This document shows positions 1 to 8,045 of a DNA stretch of 41,180 nucleotides, piece after piece. The stretch is taken from positions 1 through 41,180 of the forward strand of contig JACETS010000001.1 in NCBI GenBank assembly GCA_013911195.1. Reading direction: 5' to 3'. The first letter of the stretch is position 1; each line of letters starts with the position of its first letter. The notes under the pieces were generated by a model. That model did not search any database. It was given only the letters and a program-made list of their open reading frames with translations, and had not been told where the DNA came from. The position numbers and the translations under genes were made by a program. The stretch comes from Verrucomicrobiales bacterium. GTDB taxonomy: Bacteria > Verrucomicrobiota > Verrucomicrobiia > Verrucomicrobiales > DEV007.

Positions 1-18
1 ATTTCTGGTAACATATGA

Positions 19-1131
19 TTAATAATCTTCTACGGGGCTTCGTTTTGCGTTCTCAACAGATTTAACTTTTGCAAATTTTTCACCTAGAGTTTCTACTCGA
101 AGTTTCCAAATCTGATTATCTATTTCTTTCATGTCTTCTAAACTGAAATTTTTGGGATAAGCTAATTTTTCTTTAGTTTTTTGTATTCTTTGCAATGAGT
201 CAAAAATTTTAATTTCGGGTAATGCTTGTAATATTTCAGAGGCTCTAATTGCCATCTCAGACCGATGGCAAATCATTATTAAATCATTACCGGCTTCTAC
301 AGCCATTTTAATTGTTTCATCGAACCCAAATTCGTTAAGTATTGCTCCCATGTCTAAATCATCAGTCATGACGAGCCCATTATCGAATGATAATTGGTTT
401 CTTAGTTTTTCAGTCACTACATTGCGCGATAATGATGCAGGGATAGGTGAAGAAGAATTATTTTCAAAAAAAGGGTAATGTGTGTGGCATATCATTACAG
501 AGTCAATGTCAGGGAGTAATGCATTGAACGGAGCGCATTCAAATTGTTCCCACTCTTCTTTCGTCCGATTTACAGTAGGCAATTTTTCATGGGCATCACA
601 TTCAGCGAAAGTATACCCCGGGAAATGTTTTGCGCATGATAAAATTCCCTCTAATCTCATTGCATGATTAAAGGCTGATGAATTAGTTATTACTTCTTTG
701 GCCGATTCGCCATAACATCTACCCTTTAGAGAGTTTAATGAATCATATTCAGATTTCACATCAAGGACAGGGCATAGGTTGAGGTTGAATCCATATAATC
801 GTAAGATTTTCCCTGTTAATTTTCCGTGTTGTTCAATTAATTTGATGTCATTTTTTAGTGCCAGTTCGGAGGCGCTAGGAGGTTCATTGCCAATTAACCT
901 TAGTCTTGAAACACGTCCTCCTTCTTGATCAATAGTTATAATAGGTTCGATGTTGCATAAGTCCCTAATGTCATCGATAAGTTTTCTTAATTGAGTAGGG
1001 GATTTAATGTTTCGACCAAAAAGAATTACACCGCCAGGTTTGACCCTTTTTAGGATAGTTGCAGTCTCATTATCAACATGCGTCCCAGGTATCCCCATTA
1101 GTATCAGTTGGCCAACTTCATCTGCATTCAT
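19..1131 (-). CDS. nagZ: beta-N-acetylglucosaminidase, glycoside hydrolase family 3 (NagZ-like)
   Basis: 370-aa ORF with GH3/NagZ hallmarks by eye: GGVILFGRNI, ITIDQEGGRVSRL, KHFPGYT..DAHEKLP, VMTDDLDMGAI. Divergent from a DUF1343 gene. Confidence 0.8.
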   Translation of the reverse strand: MNADEVGQLILMGIPGTHVDNETATILKRVKPGGVILFGRNIKSPTQLRKLIDDIRDLCNIEPIITIDQEGGRVSRLRLIGNEPPSASELALKNDIKLIEQHGKLTGKILRLYGFNLNLCPVLDVKSEYDSLNSLKGRCYGESAKEVITNSSAFNHAMRLEGILSCAKHFPGYTFAECDAHEKLPTVNRTKEEWEQFECAPFNALLPDIDSVMICHTHYPFFENNSSSPIPASLSRNVVTEKLRNQLSFDNGLVMTDDLDMGAILNEFGFDETIKMAVEAGNDLIMICHRSEMAIRASEILQALPEIKIFDSLQRIQKTKEKLAYPKNFSLEDMKEIDNQIWKLRVETLGEKFAKVKSVENAKRSPVEDY

Positions 1132-1166
1132 GAGCTTAATTTAAATTAAATTTATACTTTTTTACC

Positions 1167-2399
1167 ATGAAATTAATTTTTATCACGATCATTAGTTACT
1201 ATGTGTTGTTAAATTTTTATTTGTTGTCCGCCGTAAACAATAAAAATATTAGTTTGGGTATTGATGAACTTGAAAAAAATGAGTTTGTCACACTCAAAGG
1301 TAAAAGGGTTGGTTTGATTACCAATCAAACTGGTGTTAATTCAAAAGGAGTAAAAACTCGAACCATTTTATTTAATTCTGAACATGTTAATTTGGTTTCG
1401 TTATTTACTCCTGAACATGGCTTAGATGGTAATGAGTTGGCGGGTAAATGGGTTCCCTCAAGGGTTGATAGTTTAACAGGATTAAAAGCATTTTCACTTT
1501 ATGGAAAAACACGGAAGCCTAATCCTGTTATGTTAAATGGAATTGATGTTTTGGTTTTTGACATACAGGACGTTGGTGTGAGGTGCTACACATATATCAG
1601 TACTATGGTCCTTTGTATGGAAGCTGCAGCTGATAAAGGAATTGAGTTTATTGTTTTAGATAGACCAAACCCTGTCACCGGTAATTGTATAGAAGGACCA
1701 CCGATAGTGAGTAAATGGCAATCATTTGTAGGTCAATTGCCCATACCTTTTAGGCATGGCTTAACTGTAGGTGAGATCGCTAAAATGGCAGTAGGTGAGA
1801 ATTGGCTGAAAAGTAATCCTAAGCTTAAAGTTATAAAGATGAATGGTTGGAATAGAGATATGAGTTGGGTTGATACTGGTCTTAATTGGGTTCAAACCTC
1901 ACCCAATATTCCTCGTGCCAAGTCTTGTTATTATTACTTGCTAAGCTGCATACCTCAGCATGTAAAAGGTGTTTATGCTGGAACTGGTGGGAGTCATCCA
2001 TTTGAACATATTTCCACCAGTGGGGTTAGTAGTGACGAATTAGTCGATCAATTGAATTTGTTTAGAATTAATGGCTTAAAATATAAACCTTATAAGGATG
2101 AGAATTATCCAATGCGAGGTGGAATGAAGTTAATAATTGATGATAATTACAAGGGCGAATTAGTGACGACTGGGTTAACTATTCTTAAAGAAATCTTAAA
2201 TCAAGCCGAACGAAAAGATATCGATTTGATCTCATCGAAAAAGGGAGTTTCAAATAGTTTGTTGTATAAAGTTTATGGCTCTGACTTCATTGGTAATAAT
2301 AATTTCAGAAAATTAGGAATGGATGCAATTATCAAGAGTTGGCAGCCTTTCTTGAATAAATTTAAATCCGAAAGAAAAAATTATCTACTATATAGATAA
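1167..2399 (+). CDS. DUF1343 family protein (exo-beta-N-acetylmuramidase NamZ-like), N-terminal signal/anchor
   Basis: 410-aa ORF with DUF1343 hallmarks: GLITNQTGVNS, FTPEHGLDG, VFDIQDVGVRCYTYIST, VLDRPNP. Hydrophobic N-terminus. Confidence 0.7.
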   Translation: MKLIFITIISYYVLLNFYLLSAVNNKNISLGIDELEKNEFVTLKGKRVGLITNQTGVNSKGVKTRTILFNSEHVNLVSLFTPEHGLDGNELAGKWVPSRVDSLTGLKAFSLYGKTRKPNPVMLNGIDVLVFDIQDVGVRCYTYISTMVLCMEAAADKGIEFIVLDRPNPVTGNCIEGPPIVSKWQSFVGQLPIPFRHGLTVGEIAKMAVGENWLKSNPKLKVIKMNGWNRDMSWVDTGLNWVQTSPNIPRAKSCYYYLLSCIPQHVKGVYAGTGGSHPFEHISTSGVSSDELVDQLNLFRINGLKYKPYKDENYPMRGGMKLIIDDNYKGELVTTGLTILKEILNQAERKDIDLISSKKGVSNSLLYKVYGSDFIGNNNFRKLGMDAIIKSWQPFLNKFKSERKNYLLYR

Positions 2400-2495
2400 A
2401 AATCCTGATTGTTAGTCGGTCTTATTATTGTAATGAATCGTAATAAGCTTTTAGTTGCTCTATTCAATAAATTGTTGAAATTGTAAAAGCTTTGT

Positions 2496-2873
2496 ATGTT
2501 AAAAGATAAATTGATAGAGGGAGAGGAATTAGCCATCGTTGTTGCAAAATATGCTTTTGAGAATAAAGCAAAAAAAATTGAAGTTCTTAATCTTAAAGGT
2601 ATATCGACAATTGCTGATTATTTTGTGATTTGTACAGTGGATTCCATACCGCAACTTAAAGCGCTTCGCCGTGATGTTGATAAGGAAATTAAATCAATTC
2701 ATTCAGTTGCTCCAAGAGCCATTGAGGGAACCCCGGAAAGCTTGTGGTTGATAATAGATTATGTTGATGTGATTTTTCATATTTTTCATGATGATTTAAG
2801 AACTACTTATTCTCTAGAAGATTTGTGGTCAGATGCCAGTAGATTAAAGCTAGATTTCTTAAATGCTGAGTGA
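2496..2873 (+). CDS. rsfS: ribosome silencing factor RsfS (iojap-like)
   Basis: 125-aa ORF with motifs ADYFVICT and WLIIDYVDVIFHIFHDDLRTTYSLEDLW. Confidence 0.85.
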   Translation: MLKDKLIEGEELAIVVAKYAFENKAKKIEVLNLKGISTIADYFVICTVDSIPQLKALRRDVDKEIKSIHSVAPRAIEGTPESLWLIIDYVDVIFHIFHDDLRTTYSLEDLWSDASRLKLDFLNAE

Positions 2874-2881
2874 ATTTTCAT

Positions 2882-4123
2882 ATGGTTATTGAAATCATAA
2901 ATACGGGTTCTGAATTACTTAATGGACAGGTTGTTAATACAAACGTTTGTCATATAGGTCAGCGCTTATTATCAATTGGTTTATCTATCAATAGACAGAT
3001 TTCAGTTCCTGACGGTGACGTTATAAAAGATGTTTTATATGAATCAATCAAGAGATCTGACATAGTAATAGTCACCGGCGGATTAGGTCCTACTCATGAT
3101 GATGTATCTAAAGAAATGTTGGCTGAATTACTAGATTTAGAATTATATGAGGATGAGCTAATTGTTGAAAAAATTAGAACGAGAATTGAATCTAATGGAA
3201 CAAAAATGCGGCAAATTAACCTTAAGCAAGCTCTTGTCCCGATGGGTGGCATACCTTTAGGAAATGAAAATGGTACAGCGCCAGGCATATATTTAAACGC
3301 ACCCTATAAAGATAAAGAGGTTCATATCTTTTTATTGCCTGGTCCTCCAAAGGAGTTATTACCGATTTATGACGATAGTGTTGAACCGGTTTTAAAATCA
3401 TTGTTAAACAAGTCGTCTTTTAAAATTCCTTTTTGTATTAATCTGTTCTTTGCAGGTCTTGGTGAATCTGAATTGGCATCTCGTGTTTCTGAAATAACTT
3501 CCAGTATTGAGAATGATGTTGAATTTGGATATTGTCTTAAGCCAGGTGGGATCATTTTGAGATGTATTGGTGATGAGGTTGAAGTCACAGTACTTTCTAA
3601 TAAAATCATCAATCTATTGGAAGCGTATTATCTTGGAGATGGAATAGATTCCTTGCCACTTAGTGTAGTTAAATCCTTATCAAAAAAGAATAGAACTTTG
3701 GCAGTTGCTGAATCTTGCACTGGTGGGTATTTAACTAGTTTACTTACCGATGTTCCAGGTTCATCCAATGTATTTAATGTTGGTTATATTACATATTCGA
3801 ATCAATTTAAAAACGAACTGTTAAATGTATCATCAGATTTAATAAATAATCGTGGTGCAGTCAGTTCAGAAGTTGCAATTGCCATGTCTGAGGGCTGCTT
3901 GAATCAATCAAATGCCAGCTATGCTTTATCGATAACTGGTATTGCAGGACCAGGTGGTGGGTGTGAAGGTAAACCCGTAGGTACAGTTTACATTTCACTT
4001 GCTTCAAAGTTACATGAAACACTTGTTGTAAAAAAACATTATCAAACGAGTAGGTTGTTATTTAAGGAAAAAGTTTCAATGTATGCTTTGAATTTAGTTA
4101 GGGAGAGTTTGTTGTCTAGTTAA
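2882..4123 (+). CDS. cinA: CinA family protein (MoCF-like N-domain + PncC-type NMN amidohydrolase C-domain)
   Basis: N-domain IINTGSELLNGQVVNTN and VTGGLGPTHDD. C-domain LAVAESCTGGYLTS and SITGIAGPGGG. I prefer ATG 2882 (MVIEIINTGSELL matches typical CinA N-termini) over the track's GTG 2870, which overlaps the rsfS stop. Confidence 0.8.
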   Translation: MVIEIINTGSELLNGQVVNTNVCHIGQRLLSIGLSINRQISVPDGDVIKDVLYESIKRSDIVIVTGGLGPTHDDVSKEMLAELLDLELYEDELIVEKIRTRIESNGTKMRQINLKQALVPMGGIPLGNENGTAPGIYLNAPYKDKEVHIFLLPGPPKELLPIYDDSVEPVLKSLLNKSSFKIPFCINLFFAGLGESELASRVSEITSSIENDVEFGYCLKPGGIILRCIGDEVEVTVLSNKIINLLEAYYLGDGIDSLPLSVVKSLSKKNRTLAVAESCTGGYLTSLLTDVPGSSNVFNVGYITYSNQFKNELLNVSSDLINNRGAVSSEVAIAMSEGCLNQSNASYALSITGIAGPGGGCEGKPVGTVYISLASKLHETLVVKKHYQTSRLLFKEKVSMYALNLVRESLLSS

Positions 4124-4139
4124 TTGAGCTGTACATGTA

Positions 4140-6017
4140 ATGCATTTCGAATTAGGAAATCTCACTTTTTTAAAGGTACATCTCTTAGCCTTAATTACGT
4201 TTTTTATTACAGTTTTGTTGTGTGCTGACTTAATTGCTGATGTCAAACTACCCAAAGGCCTGGGACCAGTTGCTATTAAATCATCTTATTCTGTTGTGAA
4301 GGGTGCTTCGATTGAAGTTGATTTGATGGCTTCTTCTAAACAAAGCGGAAAGGTTTATGAATATACAATCTTTGAGAAACCGAAATATGGAAGACTATTA
4401 ACAGAAGACAATAAAACCATAAAAGAGGGAAGTGTTTTAGGGGTGGGTAAAACAATCAAAATTAAATATATTGCCGATTTTAAAAATGATATAAAAGAAG
4501 ATGTTTTTACCTTTAGGGCTAGATTGCGAGGAGGAAAATATTCCTCTCCTTCGCCTATAAAAATTCTAATAATTAAAGACCCTGTCAATTTTTCAGTTAA
4601 TAATTATATCTCATTTGGTAATCTTCGTGTTAATGAAAGTGCATCCAAAAAAATGGTCGTCACAAATGAATCTAATGAGGGTGTTAATTTAGAAATTTCA
4701 GGTCTGAAGAAATTCCATATACAGGGAAATGTTAATGAAGTCTTTGTTCCTCCAAAGAGCATGAAGGAGATCAAAGTTTATTATAAAGCTAACTCATTAA
4801 TTGGTTTGCTAAAAGAGGATCTCGTTCTCAAAGCTGGTAACTTAGAAAAACATGTAAAGTTAAGGGGTAATGTGATACCTCCATTTAATGTAGATAAAAA
4901 ATTGATCAGATTAAAAAATGATCAATTGTTCAGAAATGCAAAAGTAAAGTTAAAGAACAATTACAATGAGCCCATTGAGATAACTGCTAGTCACAATAAT
5001 AAATCAAGTCTAATATACAGAGATAATATATCTCTCGAAGGGCAAGCAGAAATAGAACTAGAAATCAAAGTTGATGACCAGTATTTGGGTCATATTGATT
5101 CGCTTATTACATTTCGATATGATGAATTTAGATTAAGTGTTAATGTGAACGGAGAATCTTTACCGGCAAAGATTGAAATAAATGAAAACATTCAAATTGT
5201 TTCAGTTCGCGGTAAGCTTGGAGATAATTTAAATGTTACAATACCTATTAATAATAGAGGAGGAGAGGCTGTCGATCTTGAATTTAAATTAGGTGATTCT
5301 AAAGTTTTTAAAAATTATCCATCAAATTTAATTCGCCTGGCATCTGGTTCAAAACATCTATTAGAGCTTTCCTATGATGCAGAAGTTTCGGGGACTAAGT
5401 TTGATAACGTACAATTCATATGGCCCTCAGGAGAAGCTTCTCTTCAGATTAGATATGAAATTGAGCCAGAGAAAGAAATCGCCAAATATAATAATTCTGT
5501 TGATGAAAATATTGAGCAAGTACAAAATAAAATCTACGAAACTGATGTCGTTCCTGTAATCGAAAAGAACCGAAATATTAATGATAATTTACCAAGTGTT
5601 GAGAAGCTTTCCTTGGTTGATAGTGGCAAAAGATCTATTTTAATTTCTTGGACCAATAATTCTCTTTTAGAGGTCGATTACATTGTTGAAACAAGAGTGC
5701 ATCGATTAAATAGAGAAGACAAAACTATGCAATTCCATTGGGTAGAGTTAGATGAAAATTATGCAAAAATAACCAAAAACGATTCTGGTGGTGAGGCTGT
5801 TATTAAAGGGCTTAATCCAGGTGGCCGATATACATTTAGGGTTCTGTCAAAAGGGGCTGATGGAAGATATTCAGTCCCTTCGAAATTCGTTCATTTTTCA
5901 ACTAAAAATAAGTTTCATTTTACCAGTAACTTTTTTGTAAATGGGCTTGGTCTACTAGGTGGACTGTTTTTACTTTGTTATTTTAGTTATAAGTTTTTTA
6001 GAGAACGTTATATTTAA
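4140..6017 (+). CDS. hypothetical envelope protein: N-terminal signal/anchor, several Ig-like beta-sandwich modules, one fibronectin type III module, C-terminal TM helix
   Basis: 625-aa ORF. The cadherin/Ig-like pattern is YTIFEKPKYGRL...DVFTFRARL...SPSPIKILI. The PapD/ASH-like segment is FGNLRVNESASKKMVVTNESNEGVNLEI. The FN3-like segment is approx nt 5586-5909 (ILISWTNNS...GLNPGGRYTFRVLS). The C-terminal hydrophobic helix GLGLLGGLFLLCYFSY is followed by KFFRER. Confidence 0.5.
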   Translation: MHFELGNLTFLKVHLLALITFFITVLLCADLIADVKLPKGLGPVAIKSSYSVVKGASIEVDLMASSKQSGKVYEYTIFEKPKYGRLLTEDNKTIKEGSVLGVGKTIKIKYIADFKNDIKEDVFTFRARLRGGKYSSPSPIKILIIKDPVNFSVNNYISFGNLRVNESASKKMVVTNESNEGVNLEISGLKKFHIQGNVNEVFVPPKSMKEIKVYYKANSLIGLLKEDLVLKAGNLEKHVKLRGNVIPPFNVDKKLIRLKNDQLFRNAKVKLKNNYNEPIEITASHNNKSSLIYRDNISLEGQAEIELEIKVDDQYLGHIDSLITFRYDEFRLSVNVNGESLPAKIEINENIQIVSVRGKLGDNLNVTIPINNRGGEAVDLEFKLGDSKVFKNYPSNLIRLASGSKHLLELSYDAEVSGTKFDNVQFIWPSGEASLQIRYEIEPEKEIAKYNNSVDENIEQVQNKIYETDVVPVIEKNRNINDNLPSVEKLSLVDSGKRSILISWTNNSLLEVDYIVETRVHRLNREDKTMQFHWVELDENYAKITKNDSGGEAVIKGLNPGGRYTFRVLSKGADGRYSVPSKFVHFSTKNKFHFTSNFFVNGLGLLGGLFLLCYFSYKFFRERYI

Positions 6018-6023
6018 AATCTT

Positions 6024-7397
6024 TTACCTTTTCCTTGATTCACGTTCTCTGTAAATAAACTTTATCGGTATACCAGTATAAGATGATTTCTCGCGAATTT
6101 TATTTTCTAAATATCTTTCGTAATTACTCGGAAGGAGACTTTTCTTGTTACAAAATAATATAAAATTTGCTTCTGGAATAGCCCTTGATGAAACACTGTC
6201 TTTTGACATTGTGGCGTACAAAAGTTTAAACCTTTTTCCTCCTTTTCCTGATGGGGGAGGATGAGCAATTAGTGAATCCTGTAATAATCTATTTAATGCA
6301 CCAGTATTAAGGTTTTCTGAGGACGATTTTCTGATCTGCTCAATTGCAAAAAATAATCTCCTAATTGATTCACCGGTTTTTGCAGAGGTGGCTACAACAG
6401 GAGCGTAAGGAAGGAAAAATAATTTTTCATCTATTTCATCACTGATTAAACCTAATCGGTCGCTTTTTGATGCTGTGGGATGATAAAGGTCAAATTTATT
6501 AGCAACAATGACACATGGTGAACCAGCGTTGTTAATTAGATTAGCGATTTTCCTATCTTGCGATGTTGGGCCTTGTGCAGCATCAACTACAAGAGCGCAA
6601 ATATCAGCCCTTTTGATACTGGACTTAGTTCTCATCCCGCTAAATACCTCAACTGATGTATTCTGTTTATTTCTAGATCGCAGACCGGCAGTATCTATTA
6701 ATGTATAATCAATTCCTCCATGAGAAAATGGAACATCAATTGCGTCTCTTGTTGTTCCTGCGATATCACTAACTATGGTTCGAGTGTCGTTTAATAAAGC
6801 ATTTATAATTGAAGATTTGCCAACATTTGGACGCCCTACAAGCGCAATGTTTAATTTCATATTATTACTGCTGGCGGTAGCATGGCTATCAGGCAATGTT
6901 TTACTAACAGTATCTGCGAGGTCTTTAATTCCAAAATTATGGGCAGCGCTTGTTGCGAAAGTGTGGTTAAAACCCATTGAGGAGAAATCATCTACTAATT
7001 TGATTTTTGATTCTTCATCAATTTTATTAACTATAAGGAAAATATCTTTTTCAGCTTTACGCAGTTGGGACGCGATCTCTTGGTCTACAGGTGTTTGTCC
7101 CTCTGTGCCATCAACAACAAATAATATTAATTCCGCTGATTCCAGTGCTATATCTACTTCTTGCTTAATAATAGTATTAAATGAGTCATCTGGATTTGAC
7201 CCTATTCCGCCTGTGTCAATTAATGAAAATGGGGAACTTGATAGGTTACATGAGGCAATAATTCTATCTCTTGTTACACCGGGTTCATCATGAACAATTG
7301 AAATCCTTTTTCCTGCTAATCTATTGAATAATGCAGATTTACCAACATTAGGTCTACCAACAATGGCGATTGTTCTATTAGTTGTTGGATGAGACAT
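6024..7397 (-). CDS. der: ribosome-associated GTPase Der (EngA), double GTPase domain
   Basis: 457-aa ORF with two P-loops (GRPNVGKSALFN and GRPNVGKSSIIN), DTGG/DTAG and NKID/NKFD motifs, and a KH-like C-terminus. Confidence 0.9.
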   Translation of the reverse strand: MSHPTTNRTIAIVGRPNVGKSALFNRLAGKRISIVHDEPGVTRDRIIASCNLSSSPFSLIDTGGIGSNPDDSFNTIIKQEVDIALESAELILFVVDGTEGQTPVDQEIASQLRKAEKDIFLIVNKIDEESKIKLVDDFSSMGFNHTFATSAAHNFGIKDLADTVSKTLPDSHATASSNNMKLNIALVGRPNVGKSSIINALLNDTRTIVSDIAGTTRDAIDVPFSHGGIDYTLIDTAGLRSRNKQNTSVEVFSGMRTKSSIKRADICALVVDAAQGPTSQDRKIANLINNAGSPCVIVANKFDLYHPTASKSDRLGLISDEIDEKLFFLPYAPVVATSAKTGESIRRLFFAIEQIRKSSSENLNTGALNRLLQDSLIAHPPPSGKGGKRFKLLYATMSKDSVSSRAIPEANFILFCNKKSLLPSNYERYLENKIREKSSYTGIPIKFIYRERESRKR

Positions 7398-7965
7398 CGT
7401 TTATTGAGGGTAGTTGTATGAGTCCGTTATGGATATACATTATCGCTGACCAGATAGCAAAAAAACTTGTCAATAATGATAATGATAAACAGAGTGAAAC
7501 TGATTCTACAGTTAAAGAACAGTATACCATTAATACTTGAAGAAAAGTTGCAATTTTACCAGTCCAATGGTGATTTATTGATATGTCGCCTGAAATGAGA
7601 CCTATAGAGATTGCCCCTGAAATTTGTATTGATTCTCGCGCAACGATTAAAGTCGTATAATATAGCGGCAGTGGGTTTCCACAATCAACATAGGTTAATG
7701 CCAAAGTTGTTGAAATTATAAGGATCTTGTCTGCAACTGGATCGAGAAATGAACCCAATCTAGTAATTAAATTAAATTTTCTCGATAAATAACCATCTAA
7801 AATATCAGAAATAATTGCTATGGAAAATAGAGTTAATATCCAAAATGTGTATGATGATTTAAATCCAAGTTCTTTAATCTTTTCATGATGAGTTAAAATA
7901 AGATAAATGATGATTGGTGTAAGGATAACCCTTATAAAAGTAATTTTTGTAGGTAAGTTTATCAT
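7378..7965 (-). CDS. pgsA: CDP-alcohol phosphatidyltransferase (PgsA-like)
   Basis: Complete D-x2-DG-x2-(A/S)R-x8-G-x3-D-x3-D motif in DILDGYLSRKFNLITRLGSFLDPVADK. Multi-TM protein. ATG at 7965 (MINLPTKITFIRV) preferred over TTG at 7980. The 3' end overlaps the der start by 20 nt. Confidence 0.72.
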   Translation of the reverse strand: MINLPTKITFIRVILTPIIIYLILTHHEKIKELGFKSSYTFWILTLFSIAIISDILDGYLSRKFNLITRLGSFLDPVADKILIISTTLALTYVDCGNPLPLYYTTLIVARESIQISGAISIGLISGDISINHHWTGKIATFLQVLMVYCSLTVESVSLCLSLSLLTSFFAIWSAIMYIHNGLIQLPSINDVSSNN

Positions 7966-8045
7966 TACAATGATTAACAATTTAATGATATCAGAGATAT
8001 AAAGTGAATGAAAGTAACCAACTAGTTTAATTAATTAAAGATACA

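Noticed and set aside
5920-6017. A PEP-CTERM or LPXTG sorting signal at the C-terminus of the Ig-like/FN3 protein.
   Set aside because: There is a hydrophobic helix plus a basic tail, but no Pro-Glu-Pro or LPXTG motif precedes it.
6775-7293. Long antisense ORFs inside conserved genes: 172 aa opposite der. Similar cases are 23939-24457 opposite purH, 25647-26051 opposite the 645-aa gene, 31513-31863 opposite rpoD, 36253-36567 opposite the nfeD-like gene, and 482-667 opposite nagZ.
   Set aside because: All lie entirely within genes that have clear family motifs on the other strand. Their translations are low-complexity Ser/Leu/Ile-rich strings with no recognisable motif. These are typical shadow ORFs produced by codon-position bias.
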